DNA of 53,333 nucleotides, taken from NCBI GenBank assembly GCA_032718475.1, contig JAUCBJ010004023.1:1-53333 (forward strand), in the 5' to 3' direction. Positions 9,640 to 21,200 of the stretch are shown here, in pieces (position 1 is the stretch's first letter; every line of letters begins with the position of its first letter). Source of the DNA: Nemertoderma westbladi. Its lineage: Eukaryota > Animalia > Xenacoelomorpha. The notes under the pieces are model-generated. The model saw only the letters and a program-made list of their open reading frames with translations, was not told the origin of the DNA and did no database searches. The translations under genes and the position numbers were made by a program.

Positions 9640-10218
9640 CTAATTATATTTTACAACAAAAACCCTCGCACCAAACAATAATAAATTATTAACCAGTTTG
9701 TTGAATATAGGGCAATATTTATGAAATTTAAACGGGGAACACATTAATGTACATTTACCGGTGTAGAAGCAGCAAACAACAACATTATTATTTATTCTGA
9801 CTTTACAGTTATTGAATATTTCAGGTTCATATATAACTTGAAGTTGCACATTATCAAAGACAACATAAAACCCTGTATTGTTTGTCAATAACCTATAGAC
9901 TACAGACTTAATACTAAAAATATAAGTACATAAATTAACAGATTTTAAAATCAAATTAATACTAGTTTTATCAAATATATGCTTTTTTACTTTTTGGAAA
10001 TTATACTTACTGCCTAATAATGTAATACGACCATTTTTAAATATTAATAATGTGGCACCAAATATCTTATATATAAACTGATTTGGTTTGAGTATGTGTT
10101 TACCAGATAATTGATTTTTTAATTCTTTAAAATTAATCGCTAACACTTGCCGGCAACTTATATTTTTATTTACTATTTGATAATTCATCATCAATACCAT
10201 CGTCTTTTGGTTCTTCAT
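9640..10218 (-). CDS. TATA-binding protein (TBP)-like protein; probable start near 10188
   Basis: Two-repeat TBP pattern: YQIVN..INFKEL..ATLLIFKNGRITLLGSK and SVN..YEPEIF..VVVCCFYTGKCTL, compared with TBP TALIFSSGKMVCTGAK and YEPELF..LLIFVSGKVVL. About 180 aa, the size of the TBP core. Confidence 0.82.
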   Translation of the reverse strand: MKNQKTMVLMMNYQIVNKNISCRQVLAINFKELKNQLSGKHILKPNQFIYKIFGATLLIFKNGRITLLGSKYNFQKVKKHIFDKTSINLILKSVNLCTYIFSIKSVVYRLLTNNTGFYVVFDNVQLQVIYEPEIFNNCKVRINNNVVVCCFYTGKCTLMCSPFKFHKYCPIFNKLVNNLLLFGARVFVVKYN

Positions 10219-13200
10219 AAATTGGTATATTTGATATTTTTATAGGTTTTTTGAGGTTTGTTTTATAGTGCCCCCAAGGAAGCGAATGATTTTTATTAAC
10301 CCAATAAAGTTTATCGTCAAAGCTACTGAGTGCAAATTTATTTTGCTTTAAGGTATAAATACGATGTAATTTAGATTGAAATCTGTGTATGTTTTTTTTT
10401 ATTTCTTCATTTGAGTTATAGGCTTTTAAATATTCTTCATGTGTAATATTCGTTTCCACAACAGCTCTTGTAATACCTTTTGCTCTATGAATATTTTTGT
10501 TATTCCATTCCAAAATTGAATATAATTTTGGTCTTAAAAATACTGCTTGTTTAATTTCACGTGAGGCTAGTTCGTCTTTACAGTAATAGAGTTGGGATTT
10601 ATTTTTATCGCTGTAGAGAGGGTAATTGGAAGTATCTAAAATATTATTTTTAATTAATGCTTTTAAAAAATTATTCTGCGATGTATTATAATAACAACCT
10701 ATCAAAGAGTCAGTGTCTGATGCAGCAATTTCAATACGACAGTTTAATTCTTTCTCAATAGGTAGCAATTTATTGTAAAACAGCTCATACATATCCAATT
10801 TAGCCAAGTCCAACACAGCGCTACCAATAAATATAGGCTTATCGAGAGTTACAGAGTCTTTCACTAATAAATGTCCCGATAATGTATTATTGTATATTAT
10901 AAATTGTTCATGATTAATACGATTTACCAATTGATTGCATTTATCGTTGCTATTTGCGATACGAAAGTTACATCGATATCTTAACTTTTCTATTGATTTT
11001 CCAAACAGCGAATTATTGAGCAATTTCGCGACAGCAGTTTCAATGTAACTTTTTGCTAGGCGCCTTTGATTAATATTAAAATCTATGTAATTTTTAAATA
11101 CAAATTCTTGTTGAAAAGAATATAATTTATGGAGCTTAGTAACAATTAATCCATGTTTTATATAAAATTTTAACAGTTTCAAATGTAAATGATAAAACTC
11201 TTTATCAAATTGCGTCAGCAAGAGTTTTGGTGTAGACATCCTATATTTACGGGAGGTACCTCTTTGTATCGATAAATTATTAAATTGTTCCCGCATATAA
11301 GGCGAAAGCATTGTTTCATTTATACTTAAATGCTCTGGGGCTAACGGTAATTGTAATGTTTGATCGTGAATAGCCTTGGGATAATTTAAATCACATATTA
11401 AAAAATATCCAGTAGATTCGTCATTGTCTAAATCTACCAAGTACTCGATTAGTTTTTCTGGAATTGCATTCTCTAAATGTTTAATACTTACTTCTTTGAA
11501 TTGCGAGGTGGGTAGTTTTTTACTTAAATTCCCAGAATATAAAGAGTTGAAATCAATATTAAAAATATGGCATTCTTCCTTAGTAGAATCATATGTACTT
11601 GTTCCAGGTATATTTGATTCTATATAATGCTTTCGACAAAATGAAACACCACCCCTAATTGATTTTTCAAAATCTCTATATGTTTGATAATCCTTTATTA
11701 ATTCTATTTTACATTTATTATATTTTAGCGCGCAATCATAGGTAAATGACGCAATACTACAGTAAAAAACTACTTCTAAATCGTAATTTTGTTTACAAAC
11801 ATTCCTAAAATTCTCAAATATATCAGCAAGCAAACAAACATCGAGTTTTAAATAGGCTAAAAGATAATCTTTGAGATTCACACAGTCGAATTCTACCCAT
11901 GATAATCCTGCAAACCTATAATCTTCAATTGTGCATGTTTTTTGTGTTAAGTTACTAAAAAAATTATTTATAGACGGCAAACCAGTATCATTAAATTTAT
12001 TAATATCTGTCAAGTACTCGTATGGAAATACTCCTTTCCGTTTAATTGTTGAGTTATTCAAGTTTGGATAAAAATATTTCATTTCTTGTAGAGTAATAGG
12101 TAAAATTGAGCTTATATCATGACTCGCTACATCCTTTGTTGAACACTCAACTAAATTACTTAGGGAAAAGCTTAAAAATTGATATGTGTCTAAGAAACGT
12201 AACTCAATTTAATTGTGTTTTTAATTGGGATAAACGCACTCAGTGAAATATATCGTTCTGTATTTCTCGGTATAACCTTTATATCCCAATCGGTGTATTT
12301 CTTATCTCTAAACCCGGTTTGTAATATACAATGTATATCGTAATTACTGGAATTGTGCCCGCAAAGTACATACAGGTATCGTTTCAATGATAAACTTCGG
12401 TTACAACTATTACAGGCTGCTGCAATATATTTACCTGTAATATGTGAATGATGTCTGTTTTTCCCAACATTATTATTTAAAGTAACATTACAATAGAAAC
12501 AAAATTTTGCCTGTTCAAAATTTACAAAATCATTATTAGTAAATGACATAGTTTTATGAGTGTATATGTCTGACCAACAACATAATTCAGTTAAATCAAA
12601 ATATAATGAATCTAAAAAATCTTGAATACAATTATTATTATTATTTGACTTTACGAATGTTTTCAAATGACATTTTGGGGGGTTAATTAATTCAGTATTG
12701 GGAACAATTAAATAACTCGCAGCACACGGTATATGCTCCTGTATAAATTGATTATTAACTGAAGGTTGTAAGATACATTCTATATCAAAGTAGGTGACAA
12801 ACAATGGGGATAAGGTTCTATCTAAATTTGTAAAACTAATGTGTGTTCTTTTTTTATTAGGTAGTTTCTCTTGTTGACTTCTTCCTTGGTAGCATGCAAG
12901 ACGGTGTCGTTGGAGAACTTCCGATTGAAAAAAATGAGCCAAATACCTTTCACAATATTTCCTATTCCCGATATGAAGAGCTCTCGTATTCAGCAATCGA
13001 TTCAAGTTAGTTATGCAAACATAATGATTCGGTTTAGGTACATTGTTATTTTTTACTACAAGTAATATATTTAATAACTCTTTATTGGGTGTAATTTTAC
13101 TAAACGGTGGTTGTCTTAATATAGATACGGGGGCGCATTTGTTGTCGTTATTCCAACATAGTAAATTAATTATATATTTTGAATTTTGTTTTTCAAAAAG

Positions 13201-14211
13201 TTTAATCGCTAACAGCCACTCTGTTGGATAATCTTTGTTCCCGTTGTCAAAAATGAAATGAGTCATATAATTTTTGTACGATGAAGTACGGTTTTTATTG
13301 CTTTTCACTTTGCTACCAAATTTTGCGGATATAATTGCCCATTTAAAACAGTCATTATCAGCCGATTGTACATTTATAACACATCGTTTACTCGATAGAA
13401 CCTTAGGTAATTCCATATATCCATGCCCCTTATATAGTAACGACCTACACTTAGATTCAGCTAATTTAATTTCAACCCTTAATAAAGATTTAATACGCCA
13501 TCCCGAACCACGTGTGTTAAAGATGGCTACTTTTTGTAATATATTTTCCACAACATACTCAAACCATGTGTCAAAACTTTGTGGCGAATCTACAGTATTA
13601 ATAGCACCACCGGAAGAATTAAAATAAAAGGTTTCCAATTGCTCGCCTTCTGAAAAATGTGATCTGTACATTAATACATTTAGACCTAACCACAGTCTAA
13701 GAACATTCATTTCTTTCAATCTATCTAATATTAACTGAAGAATATTACCTCGAATTTGTGCTAATACTGTTTCTACATCGGGATAATCTCTAGAAGTTGG
13801 GAGGTCGTGGACATAAATTTCAAGACGATTATCGTGAGCTTCTTGTTCCCGCGTAAAAATTGTTGCGCATGTACCAAGAGCCAGCCTTAAGTTTTTTCTG
13901 GATATTATATTTTTATGTTGCGGAAATTTACGCTTTCTTGTGTAGTAACATTTCAAGTGACAGTCGTGTCGTATATAATTCTCATATGTATACTCTTTAT
14001 TACAGGTAGAACAAGTCAATTGATAGGTGCGGAACTCCATTTCTTTACAACCAGTAGTCGATTCATGTCGTTTACAAATTTCGCTGCATGAAGTCACAAC
14101 ATGACACTTAAAACAAGAATAACTTTCAAAATGTGACCGTAGGTGGCGTAAGTAATTATGTCTAGTTACATTCATATGACAGAATGAACAACATATTGTT
14201 ATTTTATCCAT
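10166..14211 (-). pseudogene. Protein-primed family B DNA polymerase (pPolB) with one frameshift near 12205-12225
   Basis: RGSGW, DNDCFKWAI, YFDIEC, CFYC..HHSHITGKYIAAACNSCN, HNSSNYD, then in the shifted frame LRFLDTYQFL, RKGVFPYEY, SIRGG, IDFNSLYS, KLLNNSLFGK, SDTDS, LRPKLYS, AKGI. Confidence 0.95.
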
Positions 14212-14405
14212 GTTGAAGTTTGTTAGTTTGTTTAGATAAATAATAATAATAATAATAAAATATGTCCAAAGATTAAAATGAAATGAAATGAAATGTTATT
14301 GACTATATCTAAACATTTATATGCTAGTGAGGGAAATAATTTTAAACCAATCACCAATCGCTTATGACTATTAGAAACCACAAAGAGTTTAACTTATGAT
14401 TAGGT

Positions 14406-15470
14406 TTACATATTAGGATAATAATCAGGTTTCCATGGAGAATTAGTAACAGGCTCTACTAGAGCTGGGTTACTGACAACTTTCTGTTTCTTTGCAGGTG
14501 ATGTGTTGGTAAATTTACTCGATGATCTTGGCTTCCGAGGTAATATTTCAGGAAAGACCTGTTGCGGTTGAGAGCAACTCTCTTCAACATCCGGATTAGG
14601 TGATGGGATCTCTACGAAAGCTTTAGGTTTATCCAAAAGGACAAAACCGTCAACATGGGCTTCAGTAAGAGAAACGCCATCCAGCGATTCTTTGAGAAAA
14701 CTAATATGGGCTTTATCATTCAAGTAATGCAACTCGATAGAATTTCCGCCGGCTCCTACTTCAGTAGAATTATCAGTGTTGGTGATAATAATTTTTTTAT
14801 TATTGGTTTTAATCATTTTGAGACGGTCTGATAATTGAATGATATTTTTATCAAAAAGATGCTTGTCTGTTTCATCGACTTGGTTGTCCCACTCTCGCAA
14901 CAAAACAATTAGTTCCTGTTTTGACAAATTGAAACCTGTATAATAGTTAAAACCAACACTATCAGCGTATCTGAGGCTGATTTTCCATAAGCCAACATAG
15001 TTGGTTCCTTTAAAAGCTGTTACAAATCCAATAAACTCTGGATTTGATAATTCAATGTAGAATTGATCGCTAATAATCTCTAGCAGTGGAGAGAGAAATT
15101 GCAATAATTTCCCTCTGTATTGAATTAGAACTTCAGTAAAAGCTTTGTTGAGAACTTTACATTTGCCTTGTTTCTGAACGTAAACATCACCCGATGTGGG
15201 GTTGATGGAAATATTCAAATTTCCCTGCGCAAAACGAAGAGTGGGATATATCCTACCTGGTATAATTGCTGGTCTGGATTGATGTTGGTTGTTGTTGGTT
15301 GTTTCTAGAATGTCTAACAAATAGCGGGTATCTTGATGGGAAAAACAAATTGATTCGTTGTCCTCCTGAGATTCCACAATAAAATACTTGCTGTGAACGA
15401 CGGTACAAGTATATTTATTGTAAGTAAATTTCCAGCTATTTGTTGCTCCGGTTTTTTGCGTTAAGGCCAT
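14406..15470 (-). CDS. Hypothetical Polinton protein with a probable PC4/Sub1-like ssDNA-binding domain
   Basis: IELSNPEFIGFVTAFKGTNYVGLWK..TGFNLSKQELIVLLREW matches the PC4 pattern (VxxFKG..hxh..GhxL..E/QW..L). Basic NLS-like tail PAKKQK. Confidence 0.6.
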   Translation of the reverse strand: MALTQKTGATNSWKFTYNKYTCTVVHSKYFIVESQEDNESICFSHQDTRYLLDILETTNNNQHQSRPAIIPGRIYPTLRFAQGNLNISINPTSGDVYVQKQGKCKVLNKAFTEVLIQYRGKLLQFLSPLLEIISDQFYIELSNPEFIGFVTAFKGTNYVGLWKISLRYADSVGFNYYTGFNLSKQELIVLLREWDNQVDETDKHLFDKNIIQLSDRLKMIKTNNKKIIITNTDNSTEVGAGGNSIELHYLNDKAHISFLKESLDGVSLTEAHVDGFVLLDKPKAFVEIPSPNPDVEESCSQPQQVFPEILPRKPRSSSKFTNTSPAKKQKVVSNPALVEPVTNSPWKPDYYPNM

Positions 15471-15492
15471 ACTAATAATAAATACGAAAAAT

Positions 15493-15851
15493 ATTACAAG
15501 TGATAAATTTTAAACCGTATCGCTGTAATAAATTGACACCATAGTTCTCACTCTAAAATTGTGTTTGGTCGGAAGACGACGCCTAAGAAAAATGATGCTG
15601 AGTTCGACATTAGGTATCGACTCAAAAACAAAAATCGTGTGAGACACGTAGCTCAGATTTTCGTTTTTAGGTCGATACCCAATGCTGGAATCAGTATCAT
15701 TTTATGTGGTGTCGTTTTCCGACCAACGAATATACAACGAATAAGATAATGTATAAATTATTAAGGAAATAACACAATGTCAGAGTGAGAACAAAAAAAA
15801 TTAGATATGGTATCAATATATTACCATGAAGATTACAAGTGATGAATTTTA
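15493..15851. repeat. Foldback/MITE-like long imperfect palindrome flanked by about 20-bp direct repeats
   Basis: About 70-bp inner arms (15565-15637 vs 15656-15726), outer arms GTTCTCACTCT..TTGTGTT/AACACAA..AGAGTGAGAAC, and ATTACAAGTGAT(A/G)AATTTTA at 15493 and 15832. Confidence 0.75.
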
Positions 15852-16458
15852 TTAAAAACATTCAGTTATATATAAATTTGTGATGGGGCATAGTCAACGA
15901 AGAAGAGATGGGACGTGTCATAATCATCGACGAATAAGAAAAGAGATGGGTGCAACGTGGTTGAATGGTTGGTTGGTTACGTGGATAGGAAATATGTGAA
16001 AGAATATGAATCATAGGGTTGTGTGTAATAATAATCAATAATTATTATAAAAACGCACAGTATAATGTTAGTAGTAGTAGCCTCTTTCAATATGGCACAG
16101 ATGCTGCGGGATCGGTTAGCTTGAGTAACTACTTGGAAATGTTCGTATACGTGTAGCTGGAACGTGGCGGAATTTCATGCACATGTATCATACTGAGTGG
16201 TTGGTTTGTTGGTTTGGCGACAGCAGTTGAGTAGCTCTATCAACGGAGGGACGTAAATCGTTGAGTTGGCAATCAATATAATATACTCTAATATAACGAC
16301 TTGGTATATGCATCGTGTAGATGGCCACGTTATCGTTTTAGTCACCATATACAGTATGTGGAGGTGGTAGCGTGGCGAAAAGGGGAATAATCGGAGGGTG
16401 TATCGCTGTTGGTTGGTTGGTGAGTGGGTGGGTTGGGGGCTAGCCATGCGTCGAGAAG

Positions 16459-17193
16459 TTAGGCTACGCGAAGATGAATATGCAATGGATGGTTGTTGCA
16501 GCAATGATACGAATCAATACTATCGGTTGGTAGGTAGGTAACAGCTGCCATTGAGTAAGGTGGGCAACGCGAGTTTAGGCTACGCGTAGGTGAATACGCT
16601 ACGATTGGTTGATGGTAACTACCTCGATGGTGACAGATGTAGGCAATTAAACGCCGTAATTTAGCATCGGAATTTGGCATTTTTAATAGTCCTCCGAGAT
16701 GTAGCCCATAGCCCAAGCTAGGGAGGAGTATGTCGAGGTCACCTCTTTTCCTACTACTATCATCAAGATACAACACATTGAATATGGAGCTAATGGATTG
16801 TGCCATCTCAATGGTAGTGTCGCCAAGTAGGGGTGGGCCTTCAGGATCCCCTTGCTGAATTCCTTCCTCTGAAAGAAGGATACGTTTCCCATGGATGATG
16901 TAGCTTGGCTCCCCGTAGGCAGCAAGCGTGTAGTCATAGATCTCAGGTAGTCGTTCGTAGACAATCTCTAGCATCGAATCCCTACGGACAGCATTAAAGT
17001 CAATACTGAAGTCTACCTTGAGTAGCACTGAACCTGGTAAGTTGGATGTGGCAATCATGGTGCGGGTTGCGTGTGCTGCAACGGCTGTATGCAACGGGAC
17101 CAGCTCACCACCTACCCCAAATATATCGACCAAATCAATGCATTGCAGCATTGCAGCTTGTCGCTCTTTTTGAAGCGAGATAATCTTTAGCAA
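16459..17193 (-). pseudogene. Non-LTR reverse transcriptase fragment, CRE-like (RT homology about 16760-17100)
   Basis: LLKVDFSIDFNAVRRD, AYGEPS, SEEGIQQGDPEGP, YLDD; similarity is lost after YLDD. Confidence 0.8.
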
Positions 17194-17254
17194 GATTGGT
17201 GGGAGAAATGATTTGTGATGTATCCTTCTTGACAGGGGTTATAATTTGACAGGA

Positions 17255-17713
17255 TTAATTTAATTCGGATACTAGATTCAATTTAACTTTTTCTCGAATG
17301 GTCCTACACCCATTATCTTCAAGGTCCTCTATGATTGGCACATAGATCGCATCCAGCTCAGCTCGATTGTTCCAGGGGCCCGCAACTTTAGTAGACTCAC
17401 TCTGTATAGAAGCCAACCCAATTTGAAGCCAACCCAATTTGAACGTCCTAAGTTTCCGTGACATTGGTAGAATCCCTGGAGTTGGTGTTTCATTCAACCC
17501 GGTTTCATCCTCACAACCCTAAATAATGATGGCACTAGAATCTTCTTTTTCATTTAGTTGAGATAAACTCTCGCTTAGTAATTTCTTCTCGTAGACCTCC
17601 AGACGTTCAATCATTTCCTTTTTACTTCCTGATTTGGTAAGACCTCGAAATTTCAATTAATCTCGCAATTGAACCACTTTCTTAGAGTTCCAATCTTGAG
17701 TGTTTGTTGCCAT
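17255..17713 (-). pseudogene. SAP-domain gene relic with two in-frame stops
   Basis: From ATG 17713: MATNTQDWNSKKVVQLRD*LKFRGLTKSGSKKEMIERLE (SAP consensus), continuing in frame through a TAG into ORF 17255..17497. Confidence 0.7.
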
Positions 17714-18770
17714 TATAGAAGTTAGTAAAAATTTGGTGTAGGCTAGCCTTTTAGTATTTTAATTAATTTATGGAAAACATTTTTTTGTGTTCATTAAGTT
17801 AGAATTATAAAAAAAAATTGAAAAAACTGAATAGATGGTGTTTTTATTTAATAGAATAAAACAGCCTCGTGCAGGTACAAAACCATGCAACATTTGAAAG
17901 CTCAGATCTCAGCTATTTCCCAACCAAATTCAAATATTTTTACATTTTTGGAATCCTTGCACGGTCGGCTTTCTATTGATACATATATCGGTAGGGCCTA
18001 CATATAATCATATATTGGTACATATAATCACGATAAGGTTCAAGAATAACTACAGTGCAACTGGTGAAATACCACCGGAGACACCTTTTTCAAACGCTTG
18101 TTGCTAAATAAGGAAAGCAAAAATAAAAATTCTGGCTCACCCACCCAGGAGGAGTTGAGTGAAACTATCTCTGTTTCAAATGTCATACAATTTCATTAAG
18201 ATTTGTTAAAAAATTTGCGGGGGGGGGGATGTACCAGAATAACGACACTATTCCAGGTCATGGTGTAAACAACTGTAAAGGTGAATCTAGTAACATCTGA
18301 GACAGAGGAGGCGCCAAAGGGCTTCTAGATCAAATACTTTCATTATCCAACTCTATTATCTTTACTCAGGCAGCAAGCATGCAGTATGCCAGCTGTCAGG
18401 TTCGCATTACAGGTAGGTAGGTGGTCTGAAGATAGTTGCTAAAAGTAAACATCTTTAAATTGGGCCGTTCCAACCACTTAGACGACCTCACCCTGAACAC
18501 GATAGGACCTACATTACAGATATGAAAGATCATGTAAAAAAGATATTAACAAATTATTTCTTCACATGCTTGGACTGCGAATAGGCCTAGTCCAAGGGAG
18601 AAGGTCAATGTGGTGTTAACAAGGCGTCCTTTCCACCACTACTGTATGTTCTCCTCCACTCGTCATCCCATGTCACCATATACACCATGTACACCAATGT
18701 CACGCATTGTAGTATTAATTATAGTAATTAACAATTGATGTACAATTAGGACTAGATATTCTACATATAA

Positions 18771-19400
18771 GTGAATTCAAAGAAAACTAAAATAGTAAAA
18801 TTTGGAATGGGTAGCCGACTATCCCATCTGGATAACGTTACTTATGCGGGTCAATCAGTTGAAATACAAAACGAATATAATTATTTAGGTGTAATACTTC
18901 AACAATCTTTGTGCTTTTCTAAACATATTAAAAATAAAAAGTGTCAGTCGTACAAGTTAATTGGGTCTTTAAAACAGTTACCATTATTATCAATTGAAAC
19001 ATGTATGAAAATATTTTCTGGTAAAATTGAACCTTTAAATATTTGAAAAAATTGAACCTTTATTCTCGTTACATACTTTTGCGAAATAGTTAACATTGGA
19101 AAATGTAAAAGATATAGATAAGATTAAGTCGGTATTTATTAAGAAAATGTTGGGTTTACATAGTTCTACTTCCTCTACGCTAGCTTATAATATAATAGGT
19201 GAAAAAACATATTGGAATTATTTTAATTCGACATCCAAATATTTTTGATCCAAATCTATTACAGAACATAATAAGATTTGGGGAAGAACGAAATCAAAAT
19301 TTCATAACCATAGTTACCTCAATGGGCCAGCTTTCCAATCCTCTACATGGAGATTATCAAATCAAAGAAATCGACATTATTCTCACTAGGACTACCTCGC
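18771..19400 (+). mobile_element. 3' fragment of a LINE ORF2 (post-RT region), frameshifted
   Basis: NSKKTKIVKF..VEIQNEYNYLGVIL..FSKHI, then FIKKMLGL-like and TR..HGFH-like segments. Confidence 0.75.
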
Positions 19401-20132
19401 ACGGCTTTCATTCTCACTAGGACTACCTCGCACGGCTTTCATTCTCACTATGACTACCTCGCACGGCTTTCATTCTCACTATGACTACCTCGCACGGCTT
19501 TCATTCTCACTATGACTACCTCGCACGGCTTTCATTCTCACTATGACTACCTCGCACGGCTTTCATTCTCACATGGACTACCTCGCACGGCTTTCATTCT
19601 CACTATGACTACCTCGCACGGCTTTCATTCTCACTATGACTACCTCGCACGGCTTTCATTCTCACTATGACTACCTCGCACGGCTTTCATTCTCACTATG
19701 ACTACCTCGCACGGCTTTCATTCTCACATGGACTACCTCGCACGGCTTTCATTCTCACTAGGACTACCTCGCACGGCTTTCATTCTCACTAGGACTACCT
19801 CGCACGGCTTTCATTCTCACTATGACTACCTCGCACGGCTTTCATTCTCACTAGGACTACCTCGCACGGCTTTCATTCTCACTATGACTACCTCGCACGG
19901 CTTTCATTCTCACTAGGACTACCTCGCACGGCTTTCATTCTCACTATGACTACCTCGCACGGCTTTCATTCTCACTAGGACTACCTCGCACTGCTTTCAT
20001 TCTCACTATGACTACCTCGCACGGCTTTCATTCTCACATGGACTACCTCGCACGGCTTTCATTCTCACTAGGACTACCTCGCACGGCTTTCATTCTCACT
20101 AGGACTACCTCGCACGGCTTTCATTCTCACTA
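19379..20132 (+). repeat. 31-bp minisatellite, about 24 copies
   Basis: ACTACCTCGCACGGCTTTCATTCTCA(CTAGG/CTATG/CATGG); unit starts at 19391 and 19422. Confidence 0.97.
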
Positions 20133-21200
20133 CCATTGTCCCAAATCCCCGGCATCATCATTTTTAGCAACATGCTCTTGAATTATTTACAGTAGGTCTA
20201 GTTAATGTTTCATATTCTATCAATTCAATTCACTAATTACAGTCTTTATTCCTTGTCTGGAATTCGTGATTTTCTTTTTGATTGGTCAAAAATTGTGCGA
20301 CTATTTCCTATTTTCATTTTACCCCGGTTGGGGGTGCTAATTGGAGACAGGGGGGAAACTGGACCAAAACCCGCCTTGGCGAAGTAATATCCCGCCTCAA
20401 TGTTAAATTCTCAATTTATGGAAAGGAGCAGGTTACAGTGGCACGTTATTTTAACCAAAACAATAAACTACACACAATAGAACAGGTTACAGTTTTATTT
20501 TGAGAGTAATCAGCTGTTATTTGCGTCGAATTTCCCCTGGAGAGGGATGCATTTTTATTGCGTCCAGTTTCCCCCCTATCTGGCTAATTGATTAATACAA
20601 TATATTTTTATTACGCAATAATTTTTCTTGTCCGTTTAAATCCTTTTTTTGTCCTTTTTTTTTTACTTTTTATGTCCTTTTTTTTTACTTTTTATGTCCT
20701 TTTTTTTTACTTTTTATGTCCTCCACAAATCTACCGTTGGGTTCCTTGCTACCGGTTTCTCAACTGCTGTTCTCTTAGGCTATAAGTACCGGTATTAGTA
20801 TATATAGAGCACTATTTTGCAGTATTGCATTGTATGTTGGTATAAACTAAAGCATATGCCTTAGAAATAATTATACTGTCTGACTGTATTATACTACATT
20901 ACAGCATTAGGTATTGACTCACTGATTCTGTGATATGTACAGTTGTAAATATGATAGGCCTAATTGCTGAATTGTGATAAGTCCATAGTATAAGTCATTT
21001 TGTTTTATTCACTGTTCAACTTTCTCCTGTTTTATTATGTGCAGTTTTATTTATACGCTTCTATGACAGCGGTGTCTCCACCCACATAATATAATAATAA
21101 TAATGGTAAAGGTAATTTATTAATTACGGTAATTTCAGAATTTTAGTACGGGTGCCGGTCTTACATAGTTTATTGTTATGTTCATGACATTTATTGTTTA

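Larger units (their letters stand above)
1..15490. mobile_element. Endogenous Polinton/Maverick (adintovirus-like) element, partial and degenerating; left part outside the window, right boundary uncertain
   Basis: Compact intronless cluster of rve integrase, minor and major capsid, adenain-like protease and protein-primed PolB in two convergent blocks. No packaging ATPase or TIR pair is visible. Confidence 0.95.

Noticed and set aside
12190-12230. Programmed frameshift in PolB
   Set aside because: No canonical slippery heptamer or downstream structure was recognised, and the element has many other lesions.
16060-16135. AGTAGTAGTAG / ACTACT as the Polinton terminus
   Set aside because: These are short simple motifs, and the partner TIR is outside the window, so the terminus cannot be verified.
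19379-20132. CRISPR-like appearance of the 31-bp array
   Set aside because: There are no unique spacers, only three recurring 5-nt variants, no cas genes, and the context is eukaryotic.
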